Both the position numbers and the translations under genes were made by a program. This document shows positions 37,519 through 49,100 of a stretch of 64,000 nucleotides of DNA, in pieces. The notes beneath the pieces were generated by a model that was not told where the DNA came from, searched no databases, and worked only from the letters and a program-made list of their open reading frames with translations. This DNA is from Amoebophrya sp. A120 (taxonomy: Eukaryota; Protista; Dinoflagellata), in contig CAJINV010000011.1 in the NCBI GenBank assembly GCA_905178155.1, positions 891,982 to 955,981 of the forward strand, written 5' to 3'. Position 1 is the first letter of the stretch; the number at the start of each line of letters is the position of its first letter.

Positions 37519-39479
37519 ATGAAAGCCAGCACATCAAGAAGTCGGCTGGAAATACTATGTGCGGCTGGCACGGCGGTGCCCTTCTTGTTTTCGATAGTCA
37601 CAATTTCTACTAGCGCCGTCAAGCTTGTTCAACAGCATGAACATGCCAGAACATCAAGAACTTCTGCACAACATTCTTCCAAAAACAGCTCGTCTCAGCC
37701 ACCCACCAGCCCAAACGATTTTTCCTACCTGTATCATGGCCAGGAGTGGCAGGCCGGCAGCTGCAACTCTCGCGAGGGGCAGCTATGATCTGCTCAAACG
37801 TTACAATCTCAAACGTTGCAATAGAATCTGGGATTTGTGTTGCATGATGAGCATGACAGACTCGCAGAGCGTTCCACTTTCTGCAATACAAATTTCGCCA
37901 GATTCTAGTGCGGTTCGGAGCTCCGAAACTTGTCATGCGCAATTCTATGAGAGTTGGCTTGATAATGCACTTCTTGCAACACAAATTCCAGATTCTATTG
38001 TAACGTTTGAGATTGTAGCACCTGAGCGGGTTATAGCAGTCGCCGATTGATTTTGACGCGAACGCGCCATGGAAAGATCCCGTGGACAGAGCAGCGTATT
38101 TCGCGAGCACCCCGAACCGGCAGATCTTCCTGCAGTACGAATCCGCGACGCTTGAGGACCAGCAGCAGAGACTGGTCGTGCAGAACAACGGGCACGGGAT
38201 CTCCGTGAAGTTTTCTGGCAACGGGTTGGGTGGGGTCAGCTACGAGAACATCTTCTACAACTTGGTTACCGCGAATCTCCACATGGACAGCGAGCACACG
38301 TTTTTCGGGAAACACTACCCGCTAGAGTTACATTTGACGCATAAGAGAATTGACTCGGAGGCGCTGATCGTTTTCGCCGTGCCGGTGAATTTTACGACAG
38401 TGGAGGAGGAAAGTGGTGTAGTTTCTGGTCCTGCGCAGAAGTTAAAGACGTTTTTGTCGCAAGTGGCCAAGGACGCGGCAGCGGCAGTGGCGGCGGAGGT
38501 ACTTGTAGAAACTTGAAAAATGCTCCGAAATTTCTGATTCTGATGATATTACAATTACCGTGAGTAGCGATGAAGGTGCTCTTGGCACTTGTACAGCAAG
38601 GTAGATTTGGTGAAAAGATTGTCGTGCTCTGAATCACCTCCAAACAGATGAAAAACGAACCACCCAGGCGGCCAAACCGGAAGCTTCGACGCTTCCGAAA
38701 GGCGAGTTCACCACCCAGTTGCTCGGGAAAGACGACGTCATATGAGAGTGCGCAACTCCCCATCACCCTCATTTGTCATGCAAAATCCCAAATCCAGTCT
38801 GTTCCTCTTGGTGGCACTGTTTGCATGACGAGTTCTGGTAGCCCAAAGAGCACTACACTCCAGTGTAAGTTTGTCATGCAGAAACGGCATTCTTACTGAT
38901 GTTTTTACTGCCGTTCATGCTATACAAATGAGGGGGAGGGGGAGTTGTGCACTGTCATACGTGGGTGAGGCGCTCAATGTCGGCGACTGGTTCGCAGACA
39001 GCACCGAATTTTTCCGCTACCACGGCTCTTTCACGGTCCCGCCCTGTAAGGAAACCGTCACCTGGTTCGTGCAGAAGAAACCGACGGTGGTTGAAATAGT
39101 GGAGACAAAGAAGGAACCAGGCGGGAAAAGAACGACTAAAAACCCCACAGCTTCCTTTTCCGCGATTCTGAAAGACGTGCTGTTCGGCAACACGGCGGGG
39201 AACGGGAATTTTCGGGAAACTATGCCCCGGAACGGACGGGAGATCACGCTGGTCGAGGGGGTGAAGGGAAACGACGAAAATTACAACGCGACCGCTGTCC
39301 CCTTCGCGGACCACCTGCGGGGCGTGCCGGTGGTGAGCCCGTTTGACGGGGACAAACTGGGGCAGGACGCGCTGTACGCGGGGGATGAGGCACGGTACTC
39401 CGCGGAACTGCTCGGGAGAACGCTGCTGAAGTCGAGCGAGGAAGACATTCAGAATTTGAACCAGCCGATTGGGTTGTAG
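37519..39479 (+). CDS. Alpha-carbonic anhydrase-like protein, 4 exons
   Basis: QSPID (split by an introner), NNGHG, NLH, SEHTFFGKHYPLELHLTH, FFRYHGSFTVPPCKETVTWFV, NFRETMPRNGR. GT-AG intron at 38499-38667. Confidence 0.88.
37784..38035. mobile_element. TIR introner, singleton with a ~60-bp inverted repeat (252 bp)
   Basis: GCAGC-TA...TA-GCAGT. Inverted repeat TACAATCTCAAACGTTGCAATAGAATCTGG / CCAGATTCTATTGTAACGTTTGAGATTGTA. Removal restores GQ|SPID. Confidence 0.93.
38741..38959. mobile_element. TIR introner, family C (219 bp)
   Basis: CGTCA-TA...TA-CGTGG. Colinear with 7033-7251. Removal restores the frame into ALNVGDWF. Confidence 0.9.
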
Positions 39480-39655
39480 GGAGGTTAGATTTTCCTACGG
39501 AAGATGTCGCTTGGTTGTCATCAATATGTTTCTTTTTTCCAGTGTGGCTGTGAACCAATAGCGAACAAACGACGCGAGGTGCCAGCGACAGGCTGCGTCT
39601 GCCTTGCAGAAAACTGATTGCACTGAGCCTGAGTAGTAAGTACTTATATGTTGAG

Positions 39656-42560
39656 TAGGCGTGTGCCTGTAGGCGTTAATTCGGGGTGGGTTGGTTGGTC
39701 GGTTGGTTGGTTATGCAAATGCTGAAGACGGCGGGCCGTCGCGGCTTATGGAAAAACATTCCTCCGGAGTCGCAGTGCGTGGTGAATTCGACGCGCGTCT
39801 GGTTTACGTTTGGTGGTGGACGTATTGTGGCCGAGACATGTTCGGCATCGCGGTGTCGCTATTTCGCTTATCCTGATGTACGTGATCCTGTCGACGACGT
39901 TCTCCTTCCCACAATCGAAGCTGGAGAAAGTTGCGCTTTGATATCGGGAATGAGATGCACGCTACCCACCTGCCTCCCTACCTACCTACCTCGTAATACT
40001 GGCGCTCCTCTCGTCCATTCATAATCAACCGGAACAAAAAAGAGCACGCCCTCCTTCGTGGCTGAGTGGGTAGGTGGGTTGGTTGGTCGCCATTCGACAA
40101 TGATGCGTCCGCGTGTCCTCCAGGTGTGGGCGATTTCCACTTGCGGGGCGCAACGGAGGCGCGTCTACACCTACCTTCCCACCCACCTGTTTCTTGATGC
40201 GTGTGACAACGAAAATGCGGGAGCTGGGGCAGCGCCCAGTTAGAGTGAAGTGATGAACCACAACTGCGCAGAGACAGTCTTGGCTGCAGGCCGGCGACGC
40301 CTGGCCCGTGTGAGTGTGGTGGCCCGCAAAGGCTCCCGCGTAAACGGTTTGCTATCGCGGGCACCGAAATGGGTGAAATAATGCCCATCCTGATGAAAAG
40401 CGCTCCGTCCGCAAAGGGCTTTCTTTGATCTAGCTGCCTGTGGTTCTTTTGGTTGCTCGGGATCTATGGGCGCGGCACGGCCACAACGCCGACCGCACCC
40501 GCGGCGCGCCACTTGAAGTCTAAAGCCCAACTGTTATGGCAGCTTTTCGATTTCCCCTTCCAAGTGGTCGGGGTTTTGGTTGCGAGAGAGTGAACTACAT
40601 ACACTGAGGTAGGCAATACATCTATGCGCGGCGTTTCTCCACCCCCGCCACAAAGCGCACTGCGTGCGCAGGCGAGGGCCAGAGAGAACGAGCTGCGACA
40701 TTTTTCTTCCTCCCGCCGAAGGAACTCGGCTTCATCTTGTGAGAATGAAACCAGGCGCACCAGTGAAGGCCTGACCCACCCTGAGGCAGAGGATTTGGAT
40801 TTGTCTTTCTTTTCTCGTTGTGATTGTGTTTGTGACACTCTCTCACAACAAAGTCAACACTGAGGATCAAAATCAATTTGAAAACCAAGAACAAACTTAA
40901 GGGCCTGGGATCGCATTGGGTGCAAGTTTGTCTGTGTCTGGTCGAAACGCTGAACCTTTAGGGCGCGCCCTCACCCCTGCTAGGGAAGGTGGGCGTGTGG
41001 GTCGGCATGTGTGGCCAGCAGGAAGCGCGTGCTTGCTCACCCGTGCCAAGGCAGGTGAGTCGGTAGGCGTGGCCAGCAGGCAGCGCATGCTCACCCGTGC
41101 CAAGGTAGGTTGGTGGGCCGGGAGGTCGGTAGGCGCGCGTGGCCAATAGGCGAGGAACGCTCGCCCCACCCCCCCCACCAGGTAGGTGGGTGGGTAGGTC
41201 GGTAGGCCTGGCCACTAAGAAACACACGCTCGCCCCACCCCCCCCACCAGGCAGGTGAGCGGGCAGGTCGGTAGGCGTGGCCAATAGGCAGCACATCGCC
41301 GCCCCTCCCCCACCTGGCTGGTGGGCGGGTAGGTCGGTAGGCGTGGCCAAAAGGCAACGCACGCGCGCCCCACCCCTCCCACCAGGCAGGGGGGTGGGTG
41401 GGTAGGTCGGTAAGCGTGGCCAATAGACAACGCACGCTCGTCGGCCCCACCCTCCCACGCACCAGGCAGGTTGGTGGGTAGGTCGGTACGTAGGTGTGGC
41501 CAATAGGCTGCGCACGCTTTCCCCCCCCCCACCGGGCAGGTGGGTGGGTAGGTCGGTAGGCGTGGCCAATAGGCAGGGCACGCTCGCCCCATCCCCCCAC
41601 CAGGCAGGTGTGTGGGTAGGTCGGTAGGCCTGGCCACTAGGCAACGCACGCTCGCCCCACCCCCCCCATCAAGCAGGTGGGTGGGTAGGTCGGTAGGCGT
41701 GGCCAATAGGCAGCGCACGCTCGCCCCACCCGCCCACCAGGCTCGTGGGTGGGTAGGTCGGTAGGCGTGGCCAATAGGCAGCACACGCTTGCCCCCCCCC
41801 CCACCAGGCAGGTGGGTGGGTAGGTCGGTAGGCGTGGCCAATAGGCAAGGCACGCTCGCCCCATCCCCCTACCAGGCAGGTGGGTGGGTAGGTCGGTAGG
41901 CCTGGCCACTAGGCAACGCACGCGCGCCCCACCCCCCCCATCAAGCAGGTGGGTGGGCAGGTCGGTAGGCGTGGCCAATAGGCAGCACACGCCTGTCCCC
42001 CCCCACCCGGCAGGTGGGGGGGTGGGCAGGTCGGTAGGCGTGGCCAATAGGCAACGCGCGCGGGCGCGCCCCACATCTGCCACCAGGCAGGGGGGTGGGT
42101 AGGTCGGTAGGCGTGGCCAATAGACAGCGCACGCTCGCCCCACCCCCCCCCACCAGTCCGGTGGGCGGGTAGGCCGGTAGGTGTGGCCAATAGGCCGCGC
42201 GCGGACGCTTGCCCCCCCCACCAGGCAGGTGGGTGGGTAGGTCGGTAGGCGTGGCCAATAGGCAACGCAAGCTCGGCCCACCCACCCACCAGGCAGGCGG
42301 GTGGGTGGGTCGGTAGGCGTGGTCGCCGATCTCCTCTGGGTGGAAAGGGGTAGGTAGGTAGTTGGGTCGGCGCGAACACGGTAGTACGATCGTAAAGAGA
42401 GGTGGTAGGTGGGTAGGTAGGCAGCTTCAGCGGTGATAGTAGACGAATCTCAGAAAAACGTAAGACACAACGCAGCGGGTTCGGTTCCACGGATCATTTG
42501 CATAACCAACCAACCGACCAACCAACCCACCCCGAATTAACGCCTACAGGCCCACGCCTA
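39656..42560. mobile_element. 2.9-kb non-autonomous TIR element, TA-bounded, intergenic
   Basis: 66-bp inverted repeats at 39656-39721 and 42495-42560, 65/66 identical (TAGGCGTGKGCCTGTAGGCGTTAATTCGGGG...). No transposase ORF recognised. Confidence 0.9.
40975..42325. repeat. GC-rich minisatellite, ~68-bp unit, ~19-20 copies
   Basis: Unit approximately CCACCAGGCAGGTGGGTGGGTAGGTCGGTAGGCGTGGCCAATAGGCAACGCACGCTCGCCCCACCCCC. GGCCAATA/GGCCACTA mostly recurs every 66-72 bp. Confidence 0.92.
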
Positions 42561-44628
42561 TTGTATATGTTGTACTTCTGTCTTGTGTTCAGCAGCAGTA
42601 GCTCGAGCTGTATTTCCCCGTACTAAGGACCACCCACAGCGGGCGGTCCACACGATAATTTTCACAAGCGGGAGGCCCCCTATCTGCACAGAAACGCGGA
42701 TCGCAAAATTTGATCTGTGGCCTTGCTTTCTGTGATTTTCATCGGACAAAACGTTGTCTTGTGCCGATCTACCGGTTCTAATTAAGGAGTCGCAGCCCGA
42801 TTTCTTGGATCCTGTGGTTCTTTTCTAGATAAGGAGGATAGACCACCATTCCTTGCAGCCGCTGTCGCCATTCGACTTTGAAAGGAGGTTCCATTGCCTT
42901 ACTTACTTATTTAAACGGCATAGCTAGTAGGTCATGACAGGTAGGGTCATGGTGAAGCTTGAGCTTCGCGAATCCCAATCGCTACGACTGCCGGCTAGAA
43001 AAGCTTTCTCTACGTTGGTTTTCATTACAGTGGAATCACACATACATACATGGTGAGGAAACACGGGTTTGATAGATTTTGATACAACTTTTGATACTTG
43101 GATCTGTAGAATTAGTTAGTTTCGAATCGATTTTTCCGAACGAAAACAACCGCCCGAGTTTGTGAGTACTTGTACAACTATCCTTTTTTTCAATCCGAAG
43201 TAAAAAATTCAAGGAACGAAGTAGAATCAGTATCCATCAACCGCCAACCCTCACATGGAGAAAACATGACTAAAAACACAAGTATAAAAGCAGTTCGTGG
43301 TGTAGTGGTAGTCTAATAGGAACAAAAACCATGTGTGGTTGAAAATTTACATCTTTGCTACAAGTTAGTTTTTCAACCCATAACGTGTCTTTTTTCCCAT
43401 CAGATACTAGATCTTTCGATTTATTCATCAACCTGCGCAGGGTTTTTGGTGCGTCAGATTGATGCGGCGATATTTTGTGCCACTAAACGTCGAGATCTCA
43501 AGGACATTTTTGGATCAAAAAAAGTAAAAGACTTCTTTCCCGGTGGAATATGCATGACTAGGGTTGTGAACCTGGTTCTGTAGGGTCCACGAAGAAGAAC
43601 CGTTCGGAGGAGGTAGCTTTTCTATTACTACTACTCGAACGCGAACGGTGTAAGTATGTGAGTATGTAAGTGTAATAAAAAACAATACACCATCAAATCC
43701 AACAATTTTTAGTTTGGTTGTGAAAAGGCGTGAAGCAACTGAACCAAAATTTTGTTGAAGGGGCTTCGGCTCTTCGACCCAGCAATAACAATCGAGATTT
43801 CTCGTTGTTTTCAAGATAGCAACTCTTTCGGAATCTTCTTCTTCTTCACTCCCGAGCACGTACAACTTTCGTCTCTGAAAATTAACAAAAAACCTCGAGG
43901 TGGCCCGTTGTTTTTCATCTTCCCCGTGGAGTAATTCTAAGTACGGCTGTTTTTGACATCAACATCTTCATTTCTGATTCTGTCCGGACCAACAAAACAA
44001 CCAGGAATTTTCCGTCGGCTTCTACTCGACCGTCACTCCGGAAGAGGCGGATTTTAGTACTACAGGGAAAACAACTTTTGCTTTCCTTGAAAGAACAGCA
44101 GATACCGGCAGATTGAAACCGCAACCTCTTTTCTTTGCGTCTAGAAAATAAAGCGGCGGAATCATACTAGCAGCTTCAACGGACTGCGTATTGCGATCGC
44201 GGTGGAGCAATATCTGTCTAGAGGAGAAGAAAATTAAGTCTTAAACCCGTTTCGAACTCATCAAAACAAAAAATAAGTAAAAAAAAAACATCTTCTGGAC
44301 GACCAGCTTGGAAAGTAGAACAGACCGTGAAAGGAAGAACTCCGCTTTCGCTCTTTTTCATCTCTCGATAGTACTACAATTTTAGGAGCACTGCGGCGGA
44401 ACAACAGCCCAAAGAAATCAATCTCGTGTCTTTTTGGTGGAAGACGGAAGGGAAAGGCATACACTTTTGTACTACAAAAATCAACAACTACATCATCTAC
44501 CGGAGCTGGTTCGTTTCTTGGTTTCTCTCCAGCCCCTTCGTCATCTTTTCTTCTACACCGAAAAAGATCGAAAACAGCAACGTTTTGTTTCCCGTTTCTT
44601 TCCGCAGAAATAAAGAACCATCCAAGCG

Positions 44629-45291
44629 GTGACAACAACAGCGAGAAGTGCTGACACAACAACAAACTACCTTCGAAATCTGGAGCGCTGGAGCAGCTTC
44701 TACATCAGAAGCATGGGGCCGCTCGATTCTCTACTGGGTGGAAACGAAACAAGCAGCTCCAATGATTGGCTCGAGGAGATGCTCTTGGGGGACCAGGAGC
44801 CCCCACCCCACGCCAGCCCACCGGGCAGCATTTTGGCGGACAGTGTTGCGGACGCGAAAAGCCTACTAGACCACGTGGTCGGCGGCCCGGGCGGCGGGAG
44901 CAGTGCGACTGGTCGTGGTGGACCCCCGCGCAACCCGTTTAGCAGTACCAGCAGCGACCCATCTTCCTCCGATGCCGTAGTGGACAACTTTTTTCAGGAG
45001 CTGGCCTCATGCCGCTCGAACAGTCTCACCGAGACCACGCACTGTACGGACTCCTCGGGGATTTCTGCAAGCACCTGGGTGAGCAACTTCATCAACTGCG
45101 GATCGGGAAGCGGTGGAACCCGGAACGCCTCCCTGATTACCACGGAGGGTATTGTCGACCCCATGAACCCTCCGCCGGTTTTGCTATCATACCGAAACTC
45201 CGAGGACCCTTGTCGTAAGTTTGCTAGAACGCAAACCTCATTGTTCCGATGCCTCGTGGTCTCCCATCACAAGAACTACATCATACGTTGA
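44629..45291 (+). CDS. Low-complexity hypothetical exon, possibly the 5' part of the large downstream gene
   Basis: 220-aa ORF with a GTAAGT donor near 45215. Small GC-rich candidate exons follow near 45620-45709 and 46170-46255. Confidence 0.4.
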   Translation: MTTTARSADTTTNYLRNLERWSSFYIRSMGPLDSLLGGNETSSSNDWLEEMLLGDQEPPPHASPPGSILADSVADAKSLLDHVVGGPGGGSSATGRGGPPRNPFSSTSSDPSSSDAVVDNFFQELASCRSNSLTETTHCTDSSGISASTWVSNFINCGSGSGGTRNASLITTEGIVDPMNPPPVLLSYRNSEDPCRKFARTQTSLFRCLVVSHHKNYIIR

Positions 45292-46101
45292 ATGCAAACA
45301 ATACAACTACGAATACATGTGCATGTTTATTTTCAAACTGGCAGTCTCAGTTGCATCAGTGTGCACGAGTCGTAGTTTCGTAAGGATACTTACAAGATCC
45401 GGAGTCCAACAGCAGCGGAAGCTTCATCGAAGATTTGCTAAAGACTGCATCGATAGGGGAAGGTATAAATATGGACCTTGTCATTTCGACTGTTTGTCAT
45501 GCGATATTATAGCTTTCTAGTTCCTTTTTCATGTGGAGTAGTATCTATGACAGACACAGAGAACGCAGGCAAGTGGTAAAAAACCAGAAGGAATACACAA
45601 CACAATCCATTTTCCTAAGGTTCTGGGTCGCCGTCCCCAGGACGCAATGATCTGTTCAACAACGATCGCCCGGAGATGTTTCGTTCGCCGGGCGGAGGGC
45701 GTGGGAGCGGTATGAGACGGATGAGAATTATGTGATAATTGGTTACTACTGCAGCCTTGGTGGTCCCGTCTGTTTGTTTATGTTTGCGTCGCATAGTCTT
45801 CAACTGCCAATGCTATTTCCAAGAATGTTGTGCTTCTGCTTCGTCTGCTTTTGTATTTGTTTTGCTTGTTCTCAGCTGTAGAAAAAAAAAGAAAAAGCTG
45901 GTTGTGCTTTGACAAAAAATCCACTTCCGTTTCATACCTTGCTCTGGAAACGATGCCGGCTGGGATGACGAGGGGTCGGACGGAGGGAATCGGTATAAGA
46001 TGTTGTACAGTACGCTGATGATGCAAGAAATTCAAAAAGTTATATCGCCACCTTTGCATTCAGATATGGATTCAGTTCACTAAAAAGAAAGACTGTTTTT
46101 C

Positions 46102-49100
46102 ATGTACTACCGCATGTTGGCAAGCTATGTTCACATCATTCAAACAAGCCTCTGGGCACGGCCGCGTTCGCATGCGGATGAGGATGGCGGCCGTGGCCGG
46201 ATGTTCGGACGGGAGCAGGATTCTGGACGGAACTGCGCGCGTGGCGGGCGTTACGGTAAAAATATGGAAATACCATTGTATGAAAGTCATATACGTTGTA
46301 GAGTGCGTACTACTACTTTTTTTCTCAACATTCATTCGATCGTTCTTGTGCAACGTGAAGATAAAATGGACAGCAGAAGGGTCGTGCATGACGAGACCTT
46401 CGCAAGTTTGAAATTTACAAAAAAACCAGATGTCGACTACAGCAACAGTTCGTCCTGCAACGGCAACCAGGCTGGTTCCCGCGGCGGGGGCTACGGAGCG
46501 AGCCCCGGGATGAACAGCCGCGAAGTAGACTTGGGGAGCAACAACGGTGGCAGCGGGCGGTACAGCCACCGCCACCAGCACACCGCGACCGTGCGTTTGC
46601 GGGGTAATATGGAGCAAAACGGTCCTCCACGCGAACGGGATTTGAGCGAAATGTTGAAGGCAGTGGAGAGCGTAGAGCGGAGCTGTCCGAACGTCGACGA
46701 TCCGTCGAATTTGGAGTCTTTCTGGCAGGCGGCACAGGCGGCCAAGCAGGCGCAGGAGGAGCTCCGAGAGCGTGAACGCGAACGGGAGTGGCGCGGCGGG
46801 GGTTGTACTACCTCCGCCGGTGGCGGTGATGGTGGGCACAGTAACAGCAATCGGGGTAACAACAGCGGGAATAATTACGAGCGGAGTTGTAATGGAATGA
46901 ACCACGGTAGTAATTTTAACCGTGGGAAGGGGCAGACGATCCGCGCGCCGGGGTTCGAAAAGGATTACGGACGGAATGGGAATAACCGGTACAATAACCA
47001 TGATAACAACCGGTCGTACAATAACGACGGCTCGTCCTACAACGGCAATAACATGAGTCGAACCAACACTATCACGAGTTCGAATGGAGCTGGCGGTGGC
47101 ACTAATTACAACAACACCAATACGAGCACCAGCTACGGGGGAACGATGTACAGGACCAACTCGCCCCACCAACAGCCCCACCACGGTGGTTCCTCTGGCG
47201 GAGGAGGACATCATTCACATCACCACCACAATAATCACAACTCGGACAGGAGCCGCATGGTCACCTTCGACGACATTGCCAACGCTCCGGCCAGCGCCAA
47301 GCGGTGCTCTCCGCGGAGCAACTGCCACAACATGAATACTAGCAACATCGTCCCGCAGCATGGGGAACTGATCCAGGCACCGCTGAGCAAGCGGATGAAC
47401 AAGAAGGTGGATAGTACTAATTTGGACATTGAAGTGCCCGAGTGGATGTCGGACTTGTTGAAGTCAGAGGCGGGGCGGGGGCCACCTGCTCGGGGTAACG
47501 GCGATGATGACGCGAAAATGAAGGCACTGGAACAAGTCACGGTGAAAGACAAGGAGGTCGTGGTAACAAGCGTGTTAAGGAAAAACGATGCAGGAACAGG
47601 AGCTACTGCAGTGGACGAAAACGAGGCGAAAGAAGGAAATAAAGAACATGCTCCTGAAGAAGGGAAAACAGAGGAGGAAGCTGTTGGGGGCGAGCAGCGT
47701 GAAGATCCTTCCGCACACGAAGAAGCAAAGAAGGACATCACATCGGAGCAACCGGATGCGGAAGGTAGTTCGGAGGCTGTTCCTCCTGAACAGAGTCGCG
47801 AAATGCGTACGAGGAGCCTGGAAGAACATGGTAGTACTGATACCCCCGGCGAGGAACTACAGAAGGAGCCGGCCACGTCCTCCCGTGATGAAGAGCAGAA
47901 GGAGCCGGAGCCCGAAGATTGCCATGTTGATAAAAATGCCAATGAAGCAAATGACAGCGAACCTGCGAATAAAACCATTGAAGACAAAGCTGCTGCTGCT
48001 GCAGCAGTAGCCGCGGAAGATCTTGAGGAAAAGCACAAATCGGTTGTGCATGTGGACCAAGAGGAAACAAGCAGCGAGCAGTTGCAGGAGCGCACCACCT
48101 CCACGTTGGCTGTTTCTTGTAGTGCATCGAGCAGTTGTGGAGCTGCGTCAAACACCTCTTCCGCTGACGAAGCGAGTTGCGATCTCCGTAAGGACGAGGA
48201 GGAACCACAGCCGGCAGCGGAAGAAGATCAGGACAACTTGACTAACAAATCAAACTCTAATGGATCATCATGCGGCAACAATCCTTTTCTCTTACCTCCC
48301 CCGGTTCTTGGACCTAGTACAACTTCTGCTTCCGCCATGACTTCTACCACTTCACCCGCTCCGGCGCAGGAACGTGGTGAGAACAGTAGCAAATCAAGTT
48401 CTGGCGTTGACCAAGACGCGACGCCCCCGGTTGATGTTCATGGTGTCGGGAGGTCGTTGCAGCAAGACGGAGGAGCAAGCAGGAGTGCGGACAAAACCAA
48501 TAAATCCTCCAGTTCTACCAGTACTAGTACCTCGAATATTCGCCACGACGACTTTGACGGGATCCGGATTCGTGATCATGCGGGTGAAAAGTGGCAGCCG
48601 CTGGTGCTCGACGACGCGAGCGGCTCGCCGGCGACGACTGCGGGCGCGGAGGAGATGGATGACACGGAGAAAAAGCAACTGATGGCGTTTCTAGCCAGTG
48701 AGGAGAACAACAACAATCAAACCGGCGACCCGAGTTCTAGCGCAAGCAACCGCCGCAAACACGAGCAGGAGTTCCATGGTTCTTGTTCCGACAATGGTTC
48801 AGGAGGTTCTTTTCCTTTTCAGCATTATCAGGGCGGTAGTTACAGCAACTACCCCAATATCAACTACGGCAAAAATTTTTACACTGGTGGAAATAACAAG
48901 ATGACCGGCGGGGGCTACAGCACGACGCAGCGTCTGAACGATCATCATTACAACGGCAGCTCTAGTACTTCGATGCGAAACAAATACGGAGGTTCCGGCG
49001 GCTACAATAGCAGCCGTTCTGGCGATCGCGATCACCAGCAGTATAACCATGGAAATAACAGCATGTCTTGGTATGATGACGTAAGTTACAGTTGTGCGCC

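Noticed and set aside
40320-40430. Hammerhead ribozyme or other structured RNA (CTGATGA at 40390, nearby GAAA, several hairpins)
   Set aside because: There is no stem I between the putative cleavage triplet and CTGATGA, and no GAAA after the following stem. An Rfam/Infernal scan would be needed to rescue it.
40975-42325. CRISPR-like array (conserved part plus variable part)
   Set aside because: The variable parts are clearly related to each other, there are no cas genes, and the context is eukaryotic. It is a minisatellite.
40958-42490. Minus-strand repetitive ORFs (LLATPTDLPTH, YWPRLPTYPP)
   Set aside because: These are translations of the minisatellite in several frames, with no coding evidence.
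46072-48155. Long minus-strand ORFs (also 22559-23518, 17107-17778, 7204-7812)
   Set aside because: Antisense shadows of GC-rich + strand coding sequence, with no recognisable motifs.
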